Origin: an uncultured bacterium | Lineage (GTDB): Bacteria; Omnitrophota; Omnitrophia; Omnitrophales; CAZLUT01 | Length of the DNA stretch: 64,000 nucleotides | Direction: 5' to 3' | Assembly: GCA_964562805.1 (NCBI GenBank) | Contig: CAZLUT010000002.1 | Coordinates: forward strand, 1,172 to 65,171 | Part shown: positions 50,213 to 60,135 of the stretch, in pieces | Position numbering within the stretch: the stretch's first letter is position 1 | How the letters are laid out: the number at the start of each line of letters is the position of its first letter | The notes under the pieces: model-generated | What the model saw: only the letters and a program-made list of their open reading frames with translations | Told to the model about the DNA's origin: nothing | Database searches by the model: none | Made by a program: the position numbers and the translations under genes

Positions 50213-52053
50213 ATCTAATTAATAATTTTCAGAGCATTCTAATCGCAGCAACTTTTTTACCTATAGTTTATTTTTTGGGCAGTTTATTTTTGCTGAAAAC
50301 CGATTCGCTTTCAATCGAGTGGAAAGGAATCGTACGGCAGGCTATCGGCTTTGGCATTTTGAGTTATCTGATGGTTCTTTTGGGGGTGTTAGGCTATTTA
50401 AAGGCAAGTGTATTTTGGGCTATGTATGGGATACTGCTGCTTTTATCGATTACTAAAATCCGTGGCTGGCTAGATTGGGCGGGAAACATCTGTGGGAGAT
50501 TTTCAGAAGAAACCGGGTGGCTAGGACGCTCAGCGCTTGTGCTGGGCGCAATTTATTTTTTTATTTTGCTCATTGGAACACTTGCTCCCGAAATTGGAAC
50601 CGATGCGCTTTGCTATCATTTAGCGACCCCTAAAGCCTTCCTTTCAGAGGGAAGAATTTTTTATTCCCCCTATGACATCAATTCTATATATCCTTTTTTT
50701 CAGCAGATGCTTTATCTGTTTGGATTTGGTTTAAAAAATGCTGTTTTGGCCAAAATGATTCATTTTGAGATGGGTGTCCTTCTTTTTCTTTCCGTTTTTT
50801 TAATTTTAAAAAGATTCCAAGTCTGCCAGGCATTTTTTTGGGCGCTGCTTTTTATGATAACGCCCGGCATTACCAATCAAATGACAACGGCTTTTACGGA
50901 TATCGCTTTAACGCTTTATGTCTTACTTGGAATATACTTTTTATTTGACGGCGTTGAAACAAACAAGAAGCTCTTTTGTTTTTTGGGCGGGCTTTTCTTC
51001 GGCTTTGCGTTCTCAGTTAAAGCAATAGCAGGAATCTATCTGGCGGGCGCCGCGGCGGCGTGTTTTGTTATTTTGTTTTCAGGGAAAGAAAAAAAATATT
51101 TAAGCGGATTTGCAGCTGGAACATTTCTGGCACTGCTCGCTTTCCTTTTAGCGTGCAGCTTTTGGTATTTGAGAACCTACCTAGTCATAAATAATCCCTT
51201 TTACCCTTATTTTTCAGGCGTTGGGTCTGGCGTTGAATACAACGTTGGAGGACGGGGGATCTCGTTTTTGAATTTTATTTTACTTCCGTGGGATTTAATA
51301 GTTCATGCCACCTCGTTTGGTAATCGAAGCGATCAGATAGGCCCGGTTTTTTCGCTGATCTTACCCTTTGCTATCTGGGCTGGAATTAAGATCAAACAAG
51401 CAAGATATTATTTGAGCATGGTTTTAGTCTCTTTAGTTTTATGGTTTTTGGTGGCAGAACGATCTCGGTTTCTATATCCGGCGCTGCCGCTCTATTTTGT
51501 ATCCGGAATTGCCGGAATAGAGCTTTTTCGGGAAAGATTTTTTAAGGTAGGCACTTTATTAAGGCTCCTGTTTTTTACGGTCCTTTTAGGAGGTGTTGCT
51601 TTGAGCGCTTACCATTACCGTTATCAGATGAAATTGTTTACAAATACGTGGAGCCAGCAGGATTTTAGGCAAAATTTGGAGCGAAGCAAAGTAATCACAG
51701 ATTACATCAATCAGGAACTGTCGGAAAATGTAAAGATTTTAAATGCTGAAGAAATTCATCGGTTTTATTTTGAAAAACCAATCGTGAGAGAAGGTTTGTT
51801 TGCAAAGGAAACGCGCTATCACGAAAAGCATAAAACACCAGGAGAGATAATTAGCTTTTTGAAAGAAAATGGATTTACTCATGTTTTGATTTCAGAGCCG
51901 ATTGGGACTAAAAGAAACCTTGATAACCTTCGTGTTGGGGTGATCCTTAGCAATAAAAAATACGCGAACAAGTATTTTGAAAAAGTATTTGAGGGCGATT
52001 CGCTAAATAAAAAAGATCAGAAACATCACTATATTCTTTACCGGATCGAATAG
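50209..52053 (+). CDS. GT-C fold membrane glycosyltransferase (PMT/DUF1420-like)
   Basis: DALCYHLATPK loop after the N-terminal TMs; WYLR....NNPFYP; RSRFLYP. Confidence 0.7.
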   Translation: MNLINNFQSILIAATFLPIVYFLGSLFLLKTDSLSIEWKGIVRQAIGFGILSYLMVLLGVLGYLKASVFWAMYGILLLLSITKIRGWLDWAGNICGRFSEETGWLGRSALVLGAIYFFILLIGTLAPEIGTDALCYHLATPKAFLSEGRIFYSPYDINSIYPFFQQMLYLFGFGLKNAVLAKMIHFEMGVLLFLSVFLILKRFQVCQAFFWALLFMITPGITNQMTTAFTDIALTLYVLLGIYFLFDGVETNKKLFCFLGGLFFGFAFSVKAIAGIYLAGAAAACFVILFSGKEKKYLSGFAAGTFLALLAFLLACSFWYLRTYLVINNPFYPYFSGVGSGVEYNVGGRGISFLNFILLPWDLIVHATSFGNRSDQIGPVFSLILPFAIWAGIKIKQARYYLSMVLVSLVLWFLVAERSRFLYPALPLYFVSGIAGIELFRERFFKVGTLLRLLFFTVLLGGVALSAYHYRYQMKLFTNTWSQQDFRQNLERSKVITDYINQELSENVKILNAEEIHRFYFEKPIVREGLFAKETRYHEKHKTPGEIISFLKENGFTHVLISEPIGTKRNLDNLRVGVILSNKKYANKYFEKVFEGDSLNKKDQKHHYILYRIE

Positions 52054-52072
52054 TCCAGTTATTATACCCGCT

Positions 52073-52981
52073 ATGAAACAAGCAGAAATTATTAAATCAG
52101 ATCTTGATGTTACAGTATTGCTCCCTGCCTTTAATGAGGAGAAGGCGATTGCGGCAGTCATTGATGACATTAATCAAGTTATGGAAAATACTCGCTATCA
52201 ATATGAAATTTTGGTAGTGGATGATTGCTCAAAAGACCGAACAGTTGAAATCTCGCTTGAAAAAGGCGCCCGAGTAGAACAGCATGTAACGAACAAAGGA
52301 AGCGGTGCAGCGCGCAGAACGGGTATTCGCCGCGCTCGGGGCGAAATTATCGTAGTTTTAGATGCGGACGGCACTTATTCGCCGCAAGATATCCCCAAAA
52401 TGCTTGAGATGTTTCCTAAGTATGATCAAGTGAATGGAGCCAGGACTTCCGAAGAAGGTACCTTAAAGATATTGAGAGCGCCAACCAAATGGTTTATTAG
52501 AAAGCTGGCTTGTTATTTATCGAAATCAAATATCCCCGACCTTAATACGGGTCTAAAAGCTTTTAAGCGCAGTATTATGCTGAAATATTTATGGGTAATT
52601 CCTGATGGGTTTTCCTGCGTTACGACAATGACACTTGCTTTTTTGTGTAATGGCTACAACGTAGGATGGGTTGACACCAGATATCATAAACGAATTGGGG
52701 AATCGAAATTTCACCCAATTAAAGACACAGTGAAATATATGATGACAGTTATTCGTTTAATTATTTATTTCAATCCCTTAAGTGTTTTTCTGCCCTTAGG
52801 ATCTATTGTTTTGGCTGTTGGTCTTTTGCGCTGGATTATTGTAAAGGTTACGGGAGGCGAAGGTATTTTTCTTGGCCCTATTATGGTTCTCGCAGCTTTT
52901 GTGATATACGCAATTGGGTTTTTAGCTGACCTGATTGTTGCCCAGGCTAAAAATATCAATTCAGCATCTATCGCTGAATAA
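52073..52981 (+). CDS. GT2 polyprenol-phosphate glycosyltransferase with two C-terminal TMs
   Basis: LPAFNEE, VDDCSKDRT, NKGSGAA, LDADGTY, DLNTGLK, RIGESK. Confidence 0.9.
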   Translation: MKQAEIIKSDLDVTVLLPAFNEEKAIAAVIDDINQVMENTRYQYEILVVDDCSKDRTVEISLEKGARVEQHVTNKGSGAARRTGIRRARGEIIVVLDADGTYSPQDIPKMLEMFPKYDQVNGARTSEEGTLKILRAPTKWFIRKLACYLSKSNIPDLNTGLKAFKRSIMLKYLWVIPDGFSCVTTMTLAFLCNGYNVGWVDTRYHKRIGESKFHPIKDTVKYMMTVIRLIIYFNPLSVFLPLGSIVLAVGLLRWIIVKVTGGEGIFLGPIMVLAAFVIYAIGFLADLIVAQAKNINSASIAE

Positions 52982-52997
52982 TCGGTTTTTTCCCTGT

Positions 52998-53339
52998 ATG
53001 ATTTCTGAAATCCAAGATTTTTGTAAAAAATGTCAAGAGTGCTGTAAGTGGGAAGGTTATGTCTACGTAAGCCAGTTCCGCATCGAAGAAATTTCAAAAT
53101 TTTTAAATATGCCGGCTGATAAAATTATGGATGATCATTGTGAGTTAATAGGAAAACAATTAGTTCTTAAAGGTCATGGTCACGAAGATTGTGTTTTTCT
53201 GGGTAATGGGGGCTGCGCGATTTATCCGGTCCGCCCCATGCAATGCCGAACCTTTCCGGAAGGCTGGAAGGAAGGGAATGGGGCCGAAGATTGCCCCTTG
53301 GTTAAAAAAGGTTTTTTATCTCCGAAAAAGGCCGGATAA
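52998..53339 (+). CDS. YkgJ family cysteine cluster protein
   Basis: CKKCQECC...CVFL....CAIYPVRPMQCRTFP...CP. Confidence 0.85.
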   Translation: MISEIQDFCKKCQECCKWEGYVYVSQFRIEEISKFLNMPADKIMDDHCELIGKQLVLKGHGHEDCVFLGNGGCAIYPVRPMQCRTFPEGWKEGNGAEDCPLVKKGFLSPKKAG

Positions 53340-53341
53340 TT

Positions 53342-53608
53342 TTGGCTAAGGAGAAGCGCTCGGCCAAATATTTTGTTTATATCGTAAAGTGTTCTGATGG
53401 ATCGTTTTACACCGGTTATACAAATAACCTAGAGAATCGCATCAAAGCTCATAATAGCGGGCGAGGAGCAAAATGTTTGCGCGGCAAGCTTCCTATAAAG
53501 CTCGTCTATTCTGAAAAACACAAAACTCTCTCATCTGCTTTAAAGGTTGAGTACCGAATAAAAAAAATGTCACATCAAGAAAAGGCTGAAAAAGCAAAAA
53601 ATATTTAA
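53342..53608 (+). CDS. GIY-YIG nuclease family protein (UPF0213)
   Basis: YFVYIVKCSDGSFYTGYTNNLENRIKAHNSGRGAK; ALKVEYRIK. Confidence 0.9.
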   Translation: MAKEKRSAKYFVYIVKCSDGSFYTGYTNNLENRIKAHNSGRGAKCLRGKLPIKLVYSEKHKTLSSALKVEYRIKKMSHQEKAEKAKNI

Positions 53609-53656
53609 CGAGCCTTCCGTTGTTTCTCAGGGTTTAATGTGTAGAATAACTGTCTT

Positions 53657-54982
53657 ATGAGTAAGAAAGTTTATATAAGGACCTTTGGTTGTCAGATGAA
53701 TACTTATGATTCTCAGGTGGCACTTGGGTTTTTAAAAGATAGCGGATATGATCTTATCAGTGATGAAAAGCAAGCGGATATTATTTTAATTAATACCTGC
53801 AGTGTTCGTGAGCATGCTGAAGATAGGGTGTATGGCATGCTTCATTCTCTCAAAAGAAATAAGCAGAAAAATAAGAATCTAATTATTGGTGTCTTGGGCT
53901 GCATGGTAGAAGAGCACCGGGAGAAACTTTTTCAAAAATTTCCTTATGTCGATCTTTTGTGCGGCACACGGAATTTAAAAGATCTCCCCAAGTTAATCGA
54001 AGATGTTAAGAAGAAAAAAGAGCAGATCGCGCGTATTAATCAAGAAGGGATAGGAGTTGAATATCTTGAGACAGCGCATCGAGAGTCAAAAATCCATGCA
54101 TTTTTGCCTATCATGACAGGCTGCAACAAAGCATGCACCTATTGCATCGTTCCCATTACACGCGGTCCTGAAGTTTCAGTAGCTAGTTCTGAGATATTAA
54201 AAGAGGCAAATCGTTTAGCGGGTGAAGACTTTAAACACATTACTCTTTTGGGGCAAAATGTTAATTCATACGGCAAAGACAGCATGGAAGAAATGAGTTT
54301 TGCAGAGCTTCTCGGGGAGTTAAATAAAATTAGGGGAATCGAGAAGATTAGTTTTACGACAAGTCATCCGGAAGATGCCACGCCAACACTTTTTGAAGCG
54401 ATCCGAAATCTAGAAAAAGTATCCCGAAGATTTCACTTACCCCTTCAATCCGGATCAGACAAGATTCTTAAAAGAATGAAACGGCTTCACACTATCCGGG
54501 ACTACAAGGAAAAAATTGACTTGCTGAGACGGGAAGTTCCCGATATTAGCATTACGACTGATATTATTTTGGGTTTTCCGGGGGAGAGTGAAGAAGAATA
54601 TCTGGATACCAAAAAAGCATTGGAACAAATTCGTTTTGATGGTGCTTTTATTTTTAAATACTCTGAAAGGCCCGGCACCCCGGCTGCCCGCCTTAAGGAC
54701 GACGTACCTCTAGAAATTAAAAAGAAACGGAACCAAGAGCTGTTGGATCTTCAAAAAGGAATTACAAAAGAAAATAATGCTAGGCGGGTAGGTTGCCGAT
54801 ATAAAGTATTGGTTGAAGAGCCGAGCATGAAAAATCCGGAAGAATTTTTAGGGAGAAGTGTTCAGGATCAGAAAGTGGTTTTTTCAGCCTCGGATTCTAA
54901 AAAGGTTAAAGCAGGGGAAATGGTAATGGCCAAACTAATATCGGTAAGCGGCGATACCTTTAGAGGAGAAATTTGTGAATAG
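53657..54982 (+). CDS. miaB: tRNA-2-methylthio-N6-dimethylallyladenosine synthase
   Basis: TFGCQMN, NTCSVREHAE, GCNKACTYCIVP, HLPLQSGSD, YSERPGTPAA, C-terminal TRAM-like domain. Confidence 0.95.
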   Translation: MSKKVYIRTFGCQMNTYDSQVALGFLKDSGYDLISDEKQADIILINTCSVREHAEDRVYGMLHSLKRNKQKNKNLIIGVLGCMVEEHREKLFQKFPYVDLLCGTRNLKDLPKLIEDVKKKKEQIARINQEGIGVEYLETAHRESKIHAFLPIMTGCNKACTYCIVPITRGPEVSVASSEILKEANRLAGEDFKHITLLGQNVNSYGKDSMEEMSFAELLGELNKIRGIEKISFTTSHPEDATPTLFEAIRNLEKVSRRFHLPLQSGSDKILKRMKRLHTIRDYKEKIDLLRREVPDISITTDIILGFPGESEEEYLDTKKALEQIRFDGAFIFKYSERPGTPAARLKDDVPLEIKKKRNQELLDLQKGITKENNARRVGCRYKVLVEEPSMKNPEEFLGRSVQDQKVVFSASDSKKVKAGEMVMAKLISVSGDTFRGEICE

Positions 54983-55763
54983 GTTTATATTCTTCTGTGT
55001 TTTGTGGTTTGTGGTTTGTAGTTTTATGACTTCTTGCGCTACAGCACCCAAAAGTACGGTTAACATGGGGGATCCTTCAACTTATGTAAAAGTAAATTTT
55101 CTAAAGGGTAATTATGATGAAGTAATTCGATACAGTCGGACACTCGGTATACTTAATGAAAGAGGTGATCGCTTAAGCATTCTTTATTATGTCGGCGTCA
55201 GTCAATTAGCGAAAAAAGATTTTGAAAATGCCCGCAAAAGCTTCAAACTTTTAAAAGAAAGAGATAAATCGAAAAAGTATCAGGATATATCTGATATTCG
55301 AATCGCTGATTCTTATTTTGTTGACGGAAAATATCATCAGGCCCTGAGGCTTTACGGGCCCCTTATTAGCCGATATCCCACAAGTGATTACTTACCCTAT
55401 ATTTATTACCGTTTGGTGCTGGCGAGTCAAAAGACCGGCAATTTTAAACAGGCAAAGCAATATTATGATGCGCTGCAGAAAAAATATCCTGAAAGTCTGG
55501 AGTCAGTGCGCCTTGAAATGGCCTTGGATCCGATGGATTTAGATGGTTACAGTGTTCAGGTCGGCTCGTTTTCGGATCGCGGGAAGGCCGGGCAAGTTCG
55601 CGTGAAACTTCTCAATCGTGGATACCTTGCTTCGATTCGCGAATCAAAACGGGAGGATGTTACTTATTATCGCGTTCGCATATCTTGCCAAACCCGTTCC
55701 CAAGCAGAGCGAGTGGCTGCCAAGCTTCGATTGGAAGGTTATTCGACGAAGGTCTACCCATGA
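54975..55763 (+). CDS. Lipoprotein with TPR and SPOR domains
   Basis: Lipobox-like MTSC; TPR-like helices; YSVQVGSF...YYRVR SPOR domain. Confidence 0.8.
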   Translation: MNRFIFFCVLWFVVCSFMTSCATAPKSTVNMGDPSTYVKVNFLKGNYDEVIRYSRTLGILNERGDRLSILYYVGVSQLAKKDFENARKSFKLLKERDKSKKYQDISDIRIADSYFVDGKYHQALRLYGPLISRYPTSDYLPYIYYRLVLASQKTGNFKQAKQYYDALQKKYPESLESVRLEMALDPMDLDGYSVQVGSFSDRGKAGQVRVKLLNRGYLASIRESKREDVTYYRVRISCQTRSQAERVAAKLRLEGYSTKVYP

Positions 55764-55811
55764 GGCGGCCCAAGGCCGCCAGTGGTCAGTGATTGGTGAT
55801 TAGTGGTTAGT
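55764..55811. repeat. GC hairpin followed by a heptamer tandem array (AGTGRTY, reverse orientation of the ACTAACC family)
   Basis: GGCGGCC-CAA-GGCCGCC (55764-55780), then AGTGGTC AGTGATT GGTGATT AGTGGTT AGT. Confidence 0.7.
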
Positions 55812-56447
55812 AAGGCAATCACTCCGGAGAGAATGCGAAAGCTTGATGAGATCAGTATTAAAAAATATGGGATTCCTAGTGTTGTCCTGATGGAGAATGC
55901 GGGTAGGGGCGCAGCACTTCGAATCCTTGGTCTTATTAAGAAAAATCAAAAAATACTAATTATTTGCGGCAGTGGAAATAATGGGGGCGATGGTTTTGTG
56001 GTGGCGAGGCACTTGGCTAATCAAGGAATTAAAGTTGGAGTCATTTTTTTAGGGAACGTTAAAAAACTTACTCCTGACGCTAAAATTAATTACGGAATTA
56101 TTAAGAGAATGAAAATTTCAATTAATACTGCTAAACAACTAAAACCTCTTCTTTTAAAATCCAACTTAATAATTGATGGAATTTTTGGAACCGGTTTGAC
56201 CCGTCCTATTGAAGGTGAATTGGCTGAAGTGGTTGAATCCATAAATCATTCAAAAAAACCGGTTGTGTCACTCGATATTCCCTCAGGTCTTAACGGAAAG
56301 ACGGGGAAAGTGATGGGAAGTGCTATTAAGGCAAAAGAAACCGTGACTTTTGGTGCTCCCAAAACCGGCTTTTACAAAAACGACGGCCCTCGGCATGCCG
56401 GGAAAATTACAATAGTCGATATCTCCATTCCCCAAGCCTTATTCTAG
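55803..56447 (+). CDS. nnrE: NAD(P)H-hydrate epimerase (stand-alone YjeF_N)
   Basis: LMENAG, GSGNNGGDGFVVARHL, DGIFGTG, SLDIPSG, TVTF. Confidence 0.93.
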   Translation: MVSKAITPERMRKLDEISIKKYGIPSVVLMENAGRGAALRILGLIKKNQKILIICGSGNNGGDGFVVARHLANQGIKVGVIFLGNVKKLTPDAKINYGIIKRMKISINTAKQLKPLLLKSNLIIDGIFGTGLTRPIEGELAEVVESINHSKKPVVSLDIPSGLNGKTGKVMGSAIKAKETVTFGAPKTGFYKNDGPRHAGKITIVDISIPQALF

Positions 56448-56497
56448 TCTTCTGTCTGATCCTCGTAGATTGAAGACACAGAAGATTCAGGGTAAGA

Positions 56498-56620
56498 AAG
56501 GAGAAGAAATACCACTCAAAACAATTAGCGCACTTTGCGGAGGCGAGGAGATCCTCTGCCATTTTAATGGCAGATAGCTCCGAGCGAAGCGGCGCGTTTT
56601 GAGTGGTATTTCTTCCCCTT
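56498..56620. repeat. 123-bp inverted-repeat (REP/MITE-like) intergenic element
   Basis: Perfect 20-bp IR GAAGAAATACCACTCAAAAC (56503-56522 / 56596-56615), extendable to 25 bp with 1 mismatch; inner hairpin TCTGCCATT-TT-AATGGCAGA. Confidence 0.8.
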
Positions 56621-56685
56621 CCTCAACTCGATGACACTTCAATACTCTCTCTTGACCTTTTTTATCTCTTTTGTTACAAGGAGCT

Positions 56686-57564
56686 ATGAATCAGACCCAA
56701 CCCCGTAAACCAGATTGGTTAAAGCGTCCTTTACCTCAGGGCTCAAGTGAGCCGACCCAGCGTTTAATCCGTAAACTGGGATTAAACACGGTCTGTAAAG
56801 AAGCTGGATGCCCCAATAAACAGGAGTGTTTTTCTAAGCAAACGGCTACTTTTTTAATCGGTGGTAAATTTTGCACAAGAAACTGCAAGTTTTGCTCGGT
56901 GGAATCCGGAAGACCTGAAGAGATTGACCCCGAAGAACCGGAAAAAATAGCAAAAGCCGCAAAAGAAATGAATTTAAAGTATGTTGTTATAACCTCCGTC
57001 ACTCGAGATGATTTAACGGATGGTTTGGCAAATCATTTCCGCGCAACCATTCAAGCAATTCGCTGTCTAACGCCTGAAGTTTCTATCGAAGTGTTAACTC
57101 CGGATTTTAAAGGCCGGAGGGAATTGATCGAAATAGTTTTGAAGGAAATGCCCCAGGTATTTAATCACAACATTGAAACGGTACGGAGACTTACCCCGCT
57201 TATTCGTTCAGAGAGCGATTATAAAAGAAGCCTTTCGGTTTTGAAACTTGCAGCCTCTTATAATCCAAAGATTAAAATTAAAAGCGGCCTAATGGTTGGT
57301 TTGGGGGAAAGATGCGAAGAAATCGTAGAATCATTAGTGGATCTGAAAGAGGCTGGAGTCCAAATGGTTACAATTGGCCAATATTTAAGGCCCCATACCG
57401 GATGTTTGCCTGTTAAAGAGTATCTAGAGCCCCAAAAATTCGCTTTTTATACTAAAAAAGCGAAGGAAATAGGTTTTTTTGCGGTTCGATCTGGACCTTT
57501 TGTTCGAAGTTCCTATAATGCTAAAGAATCCTTCAGCGAAATGTCAACTTCGCCCGGTATTTAG
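56686..57564 (+). CDS. lipA: Lipoyl synthase
   Basis: KPDWL, CKEAGCPNKQEC, CTRNCKFC, VITSVTRDDL, HNIETV, GQYLRP, VRSSY; AAGGAG RBS before ATG 56686. Confidence 0.96.
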   Translation: MNQTQPRKPDWLKRPLPQGSSEPTQRLIRKLGLNTVCKEAGCPNKQECFSKQTATFLIGGKFCTRNCKFCSVESGRPEEIDPEEPEKIAKAAKEMNLKYVVITSVTRDDLTDGLANHFRATIQAIRCLTPEVSIEVLTPDFKGRRELIEIVLKEMPQVFNHNIETVRRLTPLIRSESDYKRSLSVLKLAASYNPKIKIKSGLMVGLGERCEEIVESLVDLKEAGVQMVTIGQYLRPHTGCLPVKEYLEPQKFAFYTKKAKEIGFFAVRSGPFVRSSYNAKESFSEMSTSPGI

Positions 57565-57647
57565 CCGTTAATTAGTAAACCTGATTAGTATGGGTATATT
57601 AAATATGGATTTTGAGTTAATTTTAATTAAAAAGGAATGTAAAGTCA

Positions 57648-58910
57648 GTGGTTAAGAAAAAGATAAAAAAAAGAAAAAAAGTTAAAACACATCCGCCGCT
57701 TGTTTTGGATCCAAAGCACAGCTTTATCCAGGAAGCTAACCGGATGAAAAGACTCCCGCCCTACCTTTTCACATTAGTAGATGATATTAAAAGGGAAGTG
57801 GTCGCGACTGGCGTTGATGTAGTTGATTTTTCGATGGGGAGCCCTGATCTGGAGCCGCCCCAGCATATTATCGATGCTCTTAAAAATTCGCTTCATAACC
57901 CGGGTGTTCATCGTTACTCAAAATGGGATCACGATGTTGAAAAGAGACTCCGCTCAGCAATTAGTCATTGGTATAAGAGAAAATTTAATGTTTCGCTTAA
58001 TCCGGATACTGAAGTATTGCCTTTACTTGGATCCAAAGAAGGGATTGCTCACCTTTGTTTGGCTTTTATGAATAATGATGACCTGGCACTCGTTCCAAGC
58101 CCGGCTTACCCTGTGCATTTCAATGGAATCATCATGGCAGGGGGTATTCTTTACAATATTCCGACCAATGAAGAAAATAATTGGCTCCCTGATTTGTTTA
58201 GCCTACCCAAAGAAACAGTTCGCCTGAGCAAGCTCCTTTTTTTAAGCTATCCCCACAACCCAACAACGGCTATTTGCGATGAAGAATTTTTTGAAAAAGT
58301 AGTTCATTGGGCAAAGGGTAAAGATATTATCGTAGTCCATGATTTTGCTTATTCTGATTTTGTTTATGGTAAGAAAAAAGTTCCCAGCATGCTTAACATA
58401 AAAGGCGCCAGGGACTTTACGATTGAGATTCATTCTTTGTCCAAGTCTTACAGTATGGCTGGCTGGCGCCTTGGTTTTGCGGTGGGAAACCAGCTTATTT
58501 TAGATAAACTTAAAAAAACCAAAAGCTATTGCGATTTTGGTATTTTTCAGGGAGTTCAGGAAGCTGCTATTGCAGCTCTCAACGGACCGCAAGGCTATGT
58601 TAAAAAAATAGTTGCCATTTATAAAAAGCGCCTTGAGTTTTTTACCAAAGGGCTTCGGGAAATTGGCTGGGATGTTGCGATGCCGAAATCAACTTTCTAT
58701 ATCTGGGCTAAGATACCTTTGAGATATGCCGCACTCACTTCTTTGGAGTTTTGCGAGTTAATGCTCCGCGAGGCGGGAGTAGCCGTCTCACCAGGTACGG
58801 GCTTCGGTGATTTTGGAGAAGGTTACGTGCGTTTTGCTTTAGTTGAGCCCGAAAACAGAATGAAGATAGCTCTGAAAAGAATTAAAGCTCTCTTAGAGAG
58901 AAAGGACTAA
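57648..58910 (+). CDS. PLP-dependent class I/II aminotransferase (AlaC/LL-DAP aminotransferase-like)
   Basis: LPPYLF, GSKEGIAH, SYPHNPT, HDFAY, SLSKSYSMAGWRLG, PGTGFG..GEGYVRFAL. Confidence 0.9.
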   Translation: MVKKKIKKRKKVKTHPPLVLDPKHSFIQEANRMKRLPPYLFTLVDDIKREVVATGVDVVDFSMGSPDLEPPQHIIDALKNSLHNPGVHRYSKWDHDVEKRLRSAISHWYKRKFNVSLNPDTEVLPLLGSKEGIAHLCLAFMNNDDLALVPSPAYPVHFNGIIMAGGILYNIPTNEENNWLPDLFSLPKETVRLSKLLFLSYPHNPTTAICDEEFFEKVVHWAKGKDIIVVHDFAYSDFVYGKKKVPSMLNIKGARDFTIEIHSLSKSYSMAGWRLGFAVGNQLILDKLKKTKSYCDFGIFQGVQEAAIAALNGPQGYVKKIVAIYKKRLEFFTKGLREIGWDVAMPKSTFYIWAKIPLRYAALTSLEFCELMLREAGVAVSPGTGFGDFGEGYVRFALVEPENRMKIALKRIKALLERKD

Positions 58911-58931
58911 ACCTTTTAAAAAAGGAGTTTT

Positions 58932-60050
58932 ATGAGGGTCTTTTTTAAGCAAAAGATTTTCTTTTTAACTTTTCTTTTGGTTTTTCTTGGTCTTACAGTA
59001 AGTGCTTTTGCATATCGTGCGCCCGGTCTTCAAACGCATCGCGTTTCACTTAAAGGCGCCGAATATTTTCCGCTCAAAAAAGTAGCAGACCACCATAATT
59101 TTTCGATTGAATGGGACGGATTAACCCAAAAAATCGTTCTCTATAAAGACGGTAAATATTTAAGTTTTATCGTTGGTGAGCCATTTTATCTTATTGGTAA
59201 TCATGTAAACGCTTTGAAATATCCGGCCCAAGTTCGGAGGGGTAAAATATTAATACCCAAACAGCTTGCTTATAACTCGTGGTGGAAAAGACAAGCCTCT
59301 CCGCGCATGTTCCAAGCCACTCTTTCGAAACTTCCATTTCCGAAAGGTCAATTCACTATTTCTAAAATTGTTTTAGATCCCGGCCATGGCGGCAAGGATA
59401 AGGGTGCAAGGGCTTACGGGTTAATGGAAAAAAATATTAATTTACAGATTGCAAAGCGTATCCGTGATAAATTAAGAGCCAACGGCATTCAAGTGCTGAT
59501 GACTCGAGAAACGGATCGTTACGTTTCTTTGCAGGGAAGGTCGAAAATCGCGAATCGGTCCAACGCCGATCTTTTTATAAGTGTTCACGCTAACGCTTCC
59601 GCTAATGCCCGCAGCGCTTCCGGATTTGAAGTTTTTTACCTCTCAGAAGCTTTGAATGATAATGCCCGTGCGGTTCAAATTTTGGAGAATTCATCCATTC
59701 AGTATGATGAAAATGTAATTTTTCCCAATAAAAACACGAAAGACCCGACAGTCTGGGATTTGGTTTTGACTGAAAACCGAAAGGAATCCGCCGAGCTTGC
59801 CAAGATCATAAATAACAAAGTGTGGCGATCCCGCTTAACAAAAGTCAGAGGTGTCAAGACCGCCCGGTTTCATGTTTTGAAATGGACCGATAAACCATCT
59901 ATTTTGATCGAGACAGGATTTTTGACAAATTATAGGGAAGCCAGAAATTTAAAAAATTCCAAATATCAGGATCGCTTGGCAATTCAGATTACAAAGGGAA
60001 TTCTTGAATATAAAGAGCTCTACGAACAGACGAACGGCTTTACGAGATAG
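58932..60050 (+). CDS. N-acetylmuramoyl-L-alanine amidase (Amidase_3)
   Basis: Signal peptide; LDPGHGGKDKGA, EK.INL, FISVHANA, ILIETGFLTN. Confidence 0.93.
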   Translation: MRVFFKQKIFFLTFLLVFLGLTVSAFAYRAPGLQTHRVSLKGAEYFPLKKVADHHNFSIEWDGLTQKIVLYKDGKYLSFIVGEPFYLIGNHVNALKYPAQVRRGKILIPKQLAYNSWWKRQASPRMFQATLSKLPFPKGQFTISKIVLDPGHGGKDKGARAYGLMEKNINLQIAKRIRDKLRANGIQVLMTRETDRYVSLQGRSKIANRSNADLFISVHANASANARSASGFEVFYLSEALNDNARAVQILENSSIQYDENVIFPNKNTKDPTVWDLVLTENRKESAELAKIINNKVWRSRLTKVRGVKTARFHVLKWTDKPSILIETGFLTNYREARNLKNSKYQDRLAIQITKGILEYKELYEQTNGFTR

Positions 60051-60068
60051 TGAATAGCAAAGCCGACT

Positions 60069-60131
60069 ACTAACCACTAACGACTAACGACCAACGACTA
60101 GTCACTAACGACCAAATACTAAAGACTAAAA
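60069..60131. repeat. Heptamer tandem array, 9 degenerate units (consensus ACTAACG)
   Basis: ACTAACC ACTAACG ACTAACG ACCAACG ACTAGTC ACTAACG ACCAAAT ACTAAAG ACTAAAA. Confidence 0.9.
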
Positions 60132-60135
60132 ATTG

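Noticed and set aside
53342-53608. GIY-YIG protein as a homing endonuclease or mobile element
   Set aside because: An 88-aa stand-alone UPF0213-type protein with no DNA-binding extension and no intron context.
60069-60131. CRISPR array
   Set aside because: 7-bp tandem units without unique spacers; no cas genes.
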